DNA from: Vicugna vicugna
Lineage: Eukaryota
DNA length: 64,000 nucleotides
NCBI GenBank assembly: GCA_013265495.1
Contig: MU059972.1
Span: 947,915 to 1,011,914 of the forward strand
Direction of reading: 5' to 3'
Positions 36,090-46,755 of the stretch are shown piece after piece. Positions within the stretch are counted from its first letter, which is position 1. Each line of letters starts with the position of its first letter. A model generated the notes under the pieces. The model made no database searches, had not been told where the DNA came from, and was given only the letters and a program-made list of their open reading frames with translations. The position numbers were made by a program, and so were the translations under genes.

Positions 36090-39000
36090 CGGGCTGTCCT
36101 CCCGGATCCGGGTCAGGTGGAGTTTGGTTGCCCCTGTGGGGACGCAGTGGGAACACGGGGGTTTGTTGGGGTTCTTAGGGTTGGGATCAGGAGGGGCCTG
36201 TTTTGGTGGTGAGTTGTGCGCCCAACGTGGGAGGGACACGAGCCTGGCCGTGGAGGGGGTGGTTGCTGCAGCCTGGCGGGGTGCCTGCCAGCCGGGCGCT
36301 ATGAGGCTGGGAGGGTCTTCTGTCGCAGGTGTACCCAGTCTCCGGGGAGAGGGCAGGGCTGACTGGTGGGTTCGCGTGTGGGGGGCGACGGGAGGCTCTC
36401 CCCAGCACACTGTCGGGTGGCGTGTCGGCTGAGGGGCAGAGCAGGCCGGCGTCAGGGCGTGGGGACCAGAGTCGCAGGGCGGCTGTGTAAGGCAGGAGGA
36501 CGCCCGTGTCACAGCTCGAAGAGAGTCAGGTTGGAGGGTTCTGAGGAAGCATGTGGAGTCTAAGAAGAGCTAACGGAAGAAGTCGGGTCTGGGAGAGTTT
36601 TAGCTCTAGAGCCAGTTCAGTTCAACGCCGTTTTAGCAGGGCATTGCCACCCCCCCCCCACCGGAGGACTGGGGCCTGTGAGGGGTACGGACCTTCCGGG
36701 AGGTGTCCGGGGCTCTGATGGGCTGTTGGGGGATCTGGGAGCTGAAGGCTGGGCCGCTGTCTGTGGGCTGGCTGGGAGTCCGAGTCGGGGGGACGATGTG
36801 TTGTCACAAGACTGAAGAAACAGCCTGGGCCTTTTCTGATGCGGATGGGAAAGCCTCAGTCCAGCCAGCAAAGCAGTCAACTAAGGTCAGAAGATGGTTC
36901 AATCTTTTGTCGGGAGGCATGTGGGTGAAAGCCAGCCACCGGCCTTGTCCACGGAGCTGTCCTTGTGCTTGGTGTGTGGGAGCCGCTGGCGGCCTAGCGG
37001 CTCCTCAGGGGGTGCTCTGGAACAAGTGCAGGCAAGAGCGACGCGCGGTAAGGTGGTTTAAAGTGGGGGACAGGAAATGCAGGGTTGCTGTCTGGTGGGG
37101 GGTGACCGGAGGGCAGCTGAGAGTGGATTTGCCCTAGGATCTGGCTTCCTTGTGATTTGGGGAGCACGATTTCGGGAATGAGCACGAACCATGCCCGAAC
37201 TGGAGGGCAGCCCTGACTTGGACGTGCGTGTTGCTCACCGCGGGTGTGTGTGGGCTCGGTCGGTGGAAAGGCGGGGAGGAGTCGGGGTGTGTTCTGGGGC
37301 TCGACGGCCTCCCTGCGGCCCGCTCTGCATTGGCTCTACAGGGGCGCTGCCTCAGGCTGCGTCGTTTTCTGGGGCTGGGCGTCCTTTGCAAAGGGGCGTA
37401 GCTTCGGCCACTGGAAGGAAGGCTGCCTCTGAGAGTCTGTGAGTCAGTTTTCCGTTAGAGACGGGGTTCCGTGTGTGTGGAGTCCCCTTCCTGCCACATG
37501 GCGGCGTGGGTGCGAATGGCACGGGACGCACATTTAGGGTGGGTGTGGATGTTTCCTTGCTCACCTTTGGTAACGTGAGGGCTCTGGTAAGTGTGATGAG
37601 TTCAGCTTGCTGTGAGGTAGGGCGAGGGGCCGGGGGCTTAGCTTTGAGGACGGTGTCCTGTGTAACGACGGCATAGCCTGCTTGGGGACGAAGGTCCTGG
37701 AAAGAGCTCCCATCGATAAACCAGGTAGGGGCCTCAGGAAGGGGAGGTCAGAGAGGTGAGAGAAGAGACAGGGAGGGGAATCTAGCACCTTGAGGCGTGA
37801 GTGGCTGGTTGTAAGGGATCCGAGTGAGTTGGTACAAGGTGGTGGGGTTAAGAGGGTACAGTGCTGCAGGGACAGGGAGGGTCCTGGAAGAACGTGGCGT
37901 GTATTTGTTGTAAGCAAGAGGGAGAGAGGTCGAGAAGGGCGCGATGGCCGCGTAGGTCTGTGAACTGCGTGAGGAGGACACAAGGAGGGGCTGGCGAAGA
38001 GGGAACATTCTGGCTTCGGCTGCCAGGGCTGCAGCGGCACCGAGGGTTTTCGGGCATGGGGACCATCCGGCCACGACGACAGGCCACTGCGCAGGGAGTC
38101 TCTCCGAGTGTCTGGCCCAGGACACCAGGGCAGGCTCTGAGTGGCAGTCAGGTGGAGGTGAAAAGGCTTTGTAGGGCTGGGGGGCCCTCGGGTGGGTGCA
38201 TGCGTTCGGGCCCGCTTTAGTGTTTTGATTGGGCCAGAAATGGGTGTGGTCGGGTCCAGGGGTTCTTGCGGCTCTCCCTCCGCGGCCTGGGAGAGGGGTT
38301 CTGTAGGAGGCTGAAGCTGGGGGTCCAGATTCTGAAGTAGCTGGCCAGGCCGAAGAAGGAGAGGAGTTCGGGTCTTGAGCTTGGAAGAGGCGACGTCGTC
38401 GCGTCAATGAGGGCTTTCCGTTCTTCGGGAATGGCCTGGAGTGACGGGGTAATGGCGAGCCCAGGATGAGTGACCTGTGGCCGGGACACTGGAGCTTTGG
38501 TGGAGGTCACTCGGTACTTGCGGTCGGCGAGGAAGTTTAGTGGTTGGGTAGTATGGGAAATGGAGCGTTCCTTTGAGGGACTGCATAGAAGTACGCGGTC
38601 CACGTATCGTAAGAGAAGGCGAGGGGACGGATCAGGGAGGGAGAGACCATGGCTTAAGGCTTGGCCAAATAAGTGGGGACTGTCCAGGTCAGCTGTGCTG
38701 ACCGGGTGGTGTCTGGATCGGGACAGGTAAAGGCGAACGGCTCCGGGGAGGAGGGACTCAGGACTGTGAAGAAGGCGTCCTTGAGGTCAAGGACAGGGAA
38801 GCGAGTGGCTTGAGGAGGGACATGTGAGAGGAGGTACAGGGACTAGGCACGGTGGGTGGATGGCGACATAGCTTGGTTGGGCCAAACGGTGGGTCCCATT
38901 CATTTTTTATGGCGAGAATAGGGGTGCTGTGAGCGACTGTCGGCCGAAGGGGCCCGGCTCTCAGACGACGAGCGATTATGCCTTTAGGCCCCTGAGTCCT

Positions 39001-39520
39001 TGGAGGCCAGAGGGAGCTGTGTCTGACAGACTGTGGTTGAGGGTCTAGGAGGGAGATCGAGGTGGGGGTGTGGTGGGAGGTGACCACGGGCTGTGATGCG
39101 CCCCGGGTGACCAGGGTCGCCTCAGGAAGAAGGAGAGACCGAGCAGGTATGCTTGAGTTGGGGTGTTTCTTGACAGCAGAGGAGATCAAAGTGGGAGGGG
39201 TAAAGATGGATCGCCCCCCATGAGCGTTCGGAGGGCCTCTCAGCCCAGAGTGGAGGCTGGGCAAGCGGGGTCACTAGGAGGGCGTGGGTGAGCTGGGCTG
39301 GGCGTAGGGGGCGGAGGAGGGCTGGTTTGCCCTGGTCGTGAAGGAGTGCCGTCAGCGCCCACAGCAGAGGTGGAGGGCCTGTGCGACGTCCTTGGGATTC
39401 TGGTAAAACAGGATAGGTGGCCCGTGTCCACCAGGCATGATGCAGGTTTACCAGATACCGTCAGAGTTACCCGTGGCTCATTGTGAGGGGTGGGGGTGGG
39501 GCAACGGACCCCGGGGCTTG
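36090..39520 (-). pseudogene. pol: ERV pro-pol (protease, RT, RNase H, integrase), disrupted
   Basis: LVDTG (39434-39420), LDLKDAFFTV (about 38795-38762), YVDR in place of YVDD (about 38606-38595), ELLSFFGLASYFRIW, WFIDGSS (about 37722-37702), QQAELITLTRAL, integrase WLAFTHM (36938-36918), TDSGPAF (36764-36744), PHRPQSSG, and a C-terminal LTRI. Confidence 0.93.
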
Positions 39521-41022
39521 TCGGTCTTCAGTGGCCCGGCCGAGGAGCTGAGTCACGGCAGAGTGGACGGGGATCGGGGTGTGCTCAGGCCAGAGGGGTA
39601 CTGCCGAGGACGGTCCAGTTTCCAGTGTCCCTTTTGCTTGCAGGGCGGGCAGGGCCCTGGTGGGGGCCTAGGGCTGGGGCAGCGCTTGCCCGACGGGCAG
39701 TTTTGCCGCACCTGAGGCAGGCGCCGGTGGCCCCCAGGTCCTTTGTCTTTGGGAAGACGCTGCCCCTTCCTGTGGGGCCTTCGCCAGCACCTGGCGTTTG
39801 GCCTGACCGCACTTTCCCTTTAAGGCTTTTCCCTCCTCCTCTCTGCTGTTGGAGACCTTGAAGGCCAGTTTTATGAGGTCTCGCTGAGGGGTTTGCAGAC
39901 CGCCTTCTGGTTTTTGTGGGTTTTTCCTGATGTCTGGGGCGGACTGGGATGTGAAATGTAGATGAAGGTAAACGCGGCCCTCCCTGGAATCGGGGTCGGG
40001 GCCGGTATAATTTGCGTGGCCTCAGCAAGACGAGGAAGGAAGAGGGCAGGGTTTTCGTCCAGACCTTGGGTGATCTCCTCGCCCTTTTCATAATTAACGG
40101 CTCTCAGGGCCGCCTTTCCCACGCCTGTCAGGAGGCAGGTAACGGGATGGGCATGCCCTGGGCGGCCTAGGGAGGCTGCCTGACAGTCTCAGTCGGGGTC
40201 TGTCTTGGGGACCGCTGCCGCCGCCGGGGTGATTGTTGGGGCATTGCTGGCGGAGAGTGGCAGCATGGCCCTCAGCTGACACCCAGATACGCCCCGGTCC
40301 TCGCGGGAGACGTGAGGGAAGTGAATGTCACGCCAGGCCAGGCCACAGGGCCGGGTGAGATACAGCAGTTCTTTTCTGGAAGGTGACAGGGTCTGCTGAG
40401 TACGACCCGCATCGTTTTCAATGGTTGAGAGGTCGGAGAGGGAAAGGGGACACGGACTCAGAGGATGCCATCGGTGCCGGCCACCTCACCGAGGGGTTGT
40501 GGAGTCGGGCTGACGGTTGGGTGCGAGATCTCATGTGGGGGGGGGGGGGGAGGGGGGCCACGGCGGAGAGGGTCGGGGTTGTGGAGAGAAGGAGGGGGTT
40601 TGTCTTTGCAGCTGAATTCGAATGAGGAAGGATTGGTGGGGGTGAGAGGATTTTCGGGGTCGGCTTTTGTTTTGGGGGGCTGGGGCTGCCGAGGAGGGGG
40701 TTCACGTAGGAGGGGGTCTGGTGGGGAGAGCAGGACCGGCAGAGGGAGCGACGAGATCGGAGGCACCAAAAGGCTTGGAGATGGGGGCCCCTGACCACTT
40801 CCCATGGCACTGGAGGAAATTGTCGACATCTTTGAGAATGTGCAAATCAAAAGTGCCATTTTTGGGCCACTGGCTGCCATTGTCAAGTTTATATTGTGGC
40901 CATGCAGTACTGCCAAGGAAGGCGAGAAGTCTGGGTTTGACCACCTCCTGAAGGTGGAGGTCTCGAATGTGTTGAATCAGCCTAAAGAAGTGTCCTGGGG
41001 GCCTTAGGAGGGGACTGCCCAT
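39521..41022 (-). pseudogene. gag: ERV gag (MA-CA-NC), disrupted
   Basis: ATG GGC at 41022. AWPQYKLDNGSQWPKNGTFD (MA), QAFWCLRSRRSLC, PLGEVAG..VPFPLSDLS (CA start), ITQGLDENPALFLPRLAEA (major homology region). Two decayed zinc knuckles: CLRCGKT.. and CPPCKQKGHWKLDR. Confidence 0.9.
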
Positions 41023-41530
41023 CGCAGGTGAGCAGTGAGAGAACCCCAGACGGCAGGGAGAGCCCGGCGTCCCCGGCGCTGTCACAGGCTGTCAGCAGAC
41101 AGAGGCGAGAGCGAAAACGAGGGTGTCCCCAGAGAACCCCGACTGTCGACCGCCCAGTGGTAACCTGGAATGGACTCCTGCCCAGTCGCGGCTTCAGTCA
41201 GAGGGAGGAGAGGAGGGGTCCTGGACCCGGGGAGGGGCTCTCAAGTGTTACTTATCGGACAGAAGAGGCCGAGTCACGGACTGCTGCCTGGGGCTGTGCT
41301 GCGGTCCATGTGTCACACTTGCCTTGGCCTTTGTGCCTCTCATGCAGCTGCGGTCAGAACAGGATCTTGGGGTGCACACTCAGAGCCGCTGGTGTAAAAG
41401 CACAGGAGGTGTGTGCCCCCTTCTCCCCCCGCCCCCGCTCCCCTGCCGGCCTCTGCAGGGGCCGCTGCCTTCATCTCCCCAGGAGGTGGCTGGAGGGGGG
41501 CCGGGCAGCAGCGCCGGTGAAATCCCTTTA

Positions 41531-41710
41531 CCGCGGTTCTCAAACATCCGCCAGGCGAGCTCGCGCTGCTCTCCCCAGGGTGCCCTGGGGCTGCGCTCTG
41601 TCCAGTGCAGATGTGAGACATCGCTCAGGGAAGCCCCAGAGAGAGGGCTGAGTCTGGGTGTGTCCAGGTCCGGACATGGCACACCGGCTGTGCTGGGGGA
41701 TTCTCAAAAT
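41531..41710. mobile_element. Probable MER5-like MITE remnant
   Basis: Starts CCGCGGTTCTCAAAC, similar to the MER5 terminal inverted repeat. The interior is heavily diverged. Confidence 0.35.
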
Positions 41711-43829
41711 CCGGGGCTCAGTCCTCTGCCACTCTGGCCAGTCTGCCCTGCCCGCTGGTCTTGCTCTCTGCACGAGCCTGTCCCTCTGGGATCCGGGGCC
41801 AATCTCAGCATCACTGGATGAGCACCTTGATTCTCCTTTGCCCCGGGGAGAAACAGGCTCAGGTTCTGGGGCTTAGGACGTGGACAGCTTTGGGCCATCA
41901 CGCTGCCCTCATGCTGTCTGAGCACAAACGGGCACCCTTGTGAACCCACAGTTAGGCGGCACCTGCGTGCTGCATGGCCTCCTGGCATCCTTGTTGAGAG
42001 TTCTCGGTGCTGGCTCACAGAGCCAGCCTGTGTCACCCTGAGTGTTGACATGTGATTTCCAGGGAGCTCGGAGCACCTCGGTTTCAAGCAGGACCTGATG
42101 AGGTGGCGGGTCCAGCTTTGCCTGCACCTCACCATGACACATGGTGTTCTGTCAGCTGCAGGCGGCCTGTGGGGACGCCGGGATCTCGCACGTTCTCATT
42201 GTTAAGTGGCAGAGACCTGCCTGTCAGGGGTGTCCCTGCAGAGGCCTTGGGTGCGGGGAAGGTGACATCCAGGGAACCCAGAGAAACCAGCAGAGGGATG
42301 TGTCCCAGCCCCCGCCGGGGAACTCCTGTAAGGGTGCTCTTCCTGTGAGATCGCACCGTCAGTGCACCGTCTGCACACGAGAGGCAGGGTGCATGCGTGT
42401 GGGTGTGCAAGCGAGTGTGTCTGGCTAGAAGCTTTCCTTCTGCCCAGCATCAAGTCACAGACCCGGGAGACACCCAGCTGTGGACAGAGGACAGGGGCCG
42501 CAGGTGTGTTTCGGGTCTCAATCTCCTGCCAAGCCCTCGCCCCGCGCCCTGTTTTCCGCCCGGCTGAGACAGGCAGCTAGAGATCTGGCCACCTGGGGAT
42601 GGGGGCTCATCCAGGCAGGCAGGGAGCAGCCTGGAGGCACAGCGTCAGGAAGGGTCCCCCGCCTCCTGGGGGTGCTGCCTGGAGCCTCTGTGGGATTGAC
42701 ACCGGGTGCGGCTCCCACTCGCAAGTCCCTGGGTAACTAACGTGATGGGACCCTGTGAAATCTTGGCCAGTTTTCCCAGCGTGTGCCCTTCAGGGTTGGG
42801 AGCCGGCAGCGCTCTGCGCGGGGTGCCTTCTGTGTTGGTGGTGGAGCTACAGCACGCACCCCCCACCTTGCTGTTCTCACCAGCGTGGCCTGGGCTTAGC
42901 CGGCCAGGGCTTCCAAGGGCTCATCCGATGAAGGCTGAAGGCAGAATGGTGTTGGGATGGAGTGTCTGGAACACCGGGTGGTGAAGCACGCATCCTGAGG
43001 GGGGAGGCGTGGTCTCGTCGTCCCAGCCAGGCTCCCAATGGCTGAGATCCGTCCCAGCTGACAAAGGTCCTGTGTCAAGTCTGTCTCTGTTAGGTTAGAA
43101 CGGCTCAAACAGTGTCTGAGCACCTGCTGTGCAGGTGTGTCTCAAACTTGCCAGGGAAGAATCTGCTGGGAGCTGATCAACACAGATTCCCAGGCTCCTT
43201 CACCAGCTCGGGTGGTGCTGGTGCTGCCGTCTTGGAAGAGTGCTCTTGGCAACCGGGACCACCCACGTCCCAGAGAATCACAGTGGTGGGGAGGCTGTCC
43301 CCTAGAGGGAAAGCGGCCAGTCTTGGCTGCCCAGGAGCAGACACCCTGGGTCCACTTCTCTAAGCTGCTCCCATGGAGGGCCCCAGGCGAGGGCAGGTCT
43401 GTGTGCAAGGCTGGGCCCTGGGTGGGGGGAACCCTGGTCAGAGATCCGAGGGGGCTGAAGCGGCTGAGTGCCTGGCAGGGCAGGGCTGTCTGTGCACCAG
43501 GCTGCAATGCTCCTAGCAGTGGCTGGAGCGGTGGGAAGCCACGCCCCTCCCTGAGCCTGTTGTGCCTCCCTGGAGGACAGTGGTGGGAGGGTGGAAGCTG
43601 ACCTCCAGGGTGGCGGCAGAAGCATCATTCCCAGCACCTAAGGCCAGCGGCGGGATACCCGCAGGAGGTCGGCACCGAGCTTATTGCCGCCTGGTGCCCG
43701 CCAGGGCCCTGCCGGGGGCCACTGCCTGCTCCCATGCACCCTGCACCCGGGGCCTGACCGTCAGGCCCCTCCTGCGCTGGCCAGTCATCTCTGCTGCTCC
43801 TCCCCTTCTGTGAAGACCAACGTGCCTCC

Positions 43830-45310
43830 GAACTCTGCCAGGCCGCCTACTAGCACATAGCCCTCCTCCGTGTTCTCACTCCTTCCCTTTGCAGCTGTGA
43901 TCCCGCCACCTCCCACCACTACCTGCCCCACCTCCCTTCTGCCTCCTCAGGAGACAGGGTGGGCAGCTTGGCCGGCCTGAAGCGCCTGTCCCCTGGTCTG
44001 CTGCTGACCCCTGGTGCCAGGAATGACCACCAGCGCTTCCTAGAGCCAGGTGTCCCCAGGGTGTGCAGGGCTGCTGGCAGCAACGACCTGTGGGAGATCT
44101 GCACCCAGGACTCTGGGGTTGGGTGGCGGGTGGCCTTGAACATGGACTGTGTGACCTGTGTGCTGAGGACCTGGGACACGGTGTCACCTGGTCAGAGCTG
44201 GCCCCGGAGAGGTGCAGCTGGCACAGCATGGGGGGCAGTCAAAGGCAGGAGACCAGTGGAGAACGGGATGGAGGAAGGCGGGGGGAGGGGGCAGCAGAGG
44301 GGCAGGGTGGGCTTCAGGGGGGCGGCTGTAGACGAGGGGGTTTGGGGGAGGGGAGGTCACCCGTTGTCTCTGCTAGTCCTCTCACTCCCTTGTGACGTCA
44401 GTGACCACGTGCCACTCCCTGGGGCCAGGCCATGGATCAGGTGTCCAGGAGGCAGTGGTCAAGGCTGCGAGGCCCATGGGGGAGGGGCAAGAGGTAAGAG
44501 AAACTAGATCCCTGGAGGGAGCGCCCTTACGGGAGGAACAGCCAGGTGGTAGGACGGGGGGGTTGGGGCAGGTCTCCAGACAGGCCACCTGGCCGGGGAG
44601 CAGACTGTGCCAAGGTGCCTACAGGAGCAGCAAGAAGCCCAGAAGGCCTGCAGCAGGGTGGGGCGCCACCTGGGCTCCCAGCCACCCAGCCAGGCAGCAG
44701 CCAGGGCCTCTGGCAGGGTGCGGCCGGGGCGGGGGAGCAGCGGCAGGCGTCCCCGCAGGCAACCAGACGCGCTGGCAGGTTTGGAAGCGGTGGTGGAGAG
44801 AGAACCAAGGGGACCTGGGAGCCAGACGGTGGACGGCGGGTGGGCAGAGACGGGTCTGGCGAAATCACAAGTTGCTTCTGATGGTGAGGTGTGCATACGT
44901 GAGGGTTCTGTACTGTCACCCACTCCAGGGGCAGATGGTTGATGGTGACATCTGCGCAGACATGGGGAGAAGACGCAGGGGCGAAGGGGGCTGGCTAGGT
45001 CTTGGCTTGAGGAGGCGGCAGGGTGTGTGGGAGACGGGGTCCGAGGAGGGCGAAGGGATGCTGGGGGCTGTGGGTGGGCGAGCCCAGCACAGGGGACCTT
45101 GAACTGGGCGAGGACAGTAGGTGCCTGCCCTGCATCAGTGGGGGTGTCGGGGGATGGGACAGAGCCCAGCTCCAGGGCCCGGGACCTCCCTGGCACAGGG
45201 CTCGGCCTGGCCAGCAGTTCAGGCCTGAGGAGAGGGTCAGGGGTCAGCTCAGGCTCTGGAGCTGCGCTCTCAGAAGGGGCTCCAGGATGGTGGAGCCCCT
45301 CCTCCCCCAC
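43830..45310. mobile_element. Probable ancient L2 LINE remnants
   Basis: Long purine-rich stretch on the plus strand with L2-like phrases such as GGAATGACCACCAG and GGGTCAGCTCAGGCTCTGGAG. Weak similarity only. Confidence 0.3.
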
Positions 45311-46603
45311 TAAGGGCATGGAAACTGAAGCCCTTTTCAGTGCAGCACTGCCTCCCACTGGCGTTTGCAGGGATGGGGTGTGCAGGATGCCTGCCTCCCC
45401 TTCCAGCATCTGTGCTCACCAGCAGCCAGGGACGGACATGCACCTTGCCTTAGGTTTAACGTTTTGAGAACAGAGCGATGTCGGCCTTTGGTGGCCAGAC
45501 TCGGGGGTGGAAACTCGAACTCTCCACGCAAATTAATGCAGAACAATGCAAACGAGGAGCAGGACTGAGGGGTCCGTAAGCCTCCCAGTCCCAACCCAGG
45601 AGGGCAGAGTCAGGGACGGTCCTTACCAGGAAGGCAGCTCAGCTCCCTGGGGCCCTGGCCTGTCCGGTGGCCCTGCCTGGTCACGGCCTGGTACTTAGGG
45701 CCAGCGGAAGGGAGTGTCAGATGGGCCTGAGGACTGTGCTTGTCCAAACCCAGGCTCCCTGGCCTCACCTCTGAGGGCTGGGTGGGAGGGAGCTTGCCTT
45801 GAGCTGGAGAGTGAGTCTGGCTACGTGGCAGGAAGCACCTCTGGTATTTGGGGGCAGAGAAAGTCGGTCAGATTGCACTTTAATCTGCAGTAAGGTTCTA
45901 GGTAAGATTATATTTGGAAAAGACGCTACTTCAAGCTAAGGGACACCAGGCTGGAGGGTGCCCACCGCCACCTTGTTGCCAAGTGGCAAGACCACAAGTT
46001 GTGGCTTGGTCGTGACTTATGCTGCCCCCGCAGGGCAGACTGGGGGTGTGTGACATTAGTCCTTGTGCCCACTGCCACCCCCACTCTAGGACAGGCTCCC
46101 CCTCGCCCTAGGGGTCGCTGTGGGCCCTGGTGCCCCTCCCTGGTCCACTCTCTTTCCTGGGGCCTGTCTGCTGTTTCGCCCTTCTTCCCCCATCAGCTGG
46201 GGCAACCACAGGGCTGCATCCTCCCCCGTGATGCTCCCATTCCCGGAATCCTTGGTGGCCTGTGGCTGTACAGGTGACATCCAGGCCCCAGACCCACGCA
46301 GACAGAACTGTAGGCTGGTTAGGACCCAGCTCTTCCCTTTGGTGTCTGGTGATCAAACCAGAGCTTCTGGCTGCGTCCTGGGGTGGTGCGAGCAGTGGAC
46401 CTAGAAGGGCCGTGCCTGCTCTTCCTGTGCCCCCAAAGGGGCCCAGGGCAGTGCCATCAGCCTGGAGTTGGGCTTCTGAATCCTGTCTGCAGTGGCCTGT
46501 GTGTTCTTGGTGGTGGTGCTGGCCATGCGTGCGCCTACCCTGCAGGGCCCCTTTGCTTAGAGAACTAGGCTGCTCCACCACTGTGCTCATCAAACTGAAC
46601 TTC

Positions 46604-46609
46604 TTTATT
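46604..46609 (-). terminator. ZFPM1 polyadenylation signal AATAAA
   Basis: TTTATT on the plus strand about 150 nt downstream of the stop codon. Confidence 0.8.
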
Positions 46610-46755
46610 AAGTGCCAAAGGTCCAAGCGGGGTCTGCCCCCCGCAGCCCCTGTGCTGAAGCCTGTGCTTGGAGCGTTTCCCAGGAGCAAGGGTGCCCGGG
46701 CCCGTGGCGGCCCCTAGAGAGCAGGCGCGCAGGTTCCACCCTCCGCGCGCGGCGC

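Larger units (their letters stand above)
35985..41286 (-). mobile_element. Defective class I (gamma-like) endogenous retrovirus, HERV-H/F-related internal region
   Basis: His-tRNA PBS core CCGTGACTCGG (41269-41279), then gag, pro and pol motifs in the correct order. The sense strand is C-rich. Many stops and frameshifts. Confidence 0.93.

Noticed and set aside
44504-45409. 301-aa and 236-aa ORFs
   Set aside because: They overlap probable L2 remnants and have Pro/Gly/Arg-biased composition with no motifs.
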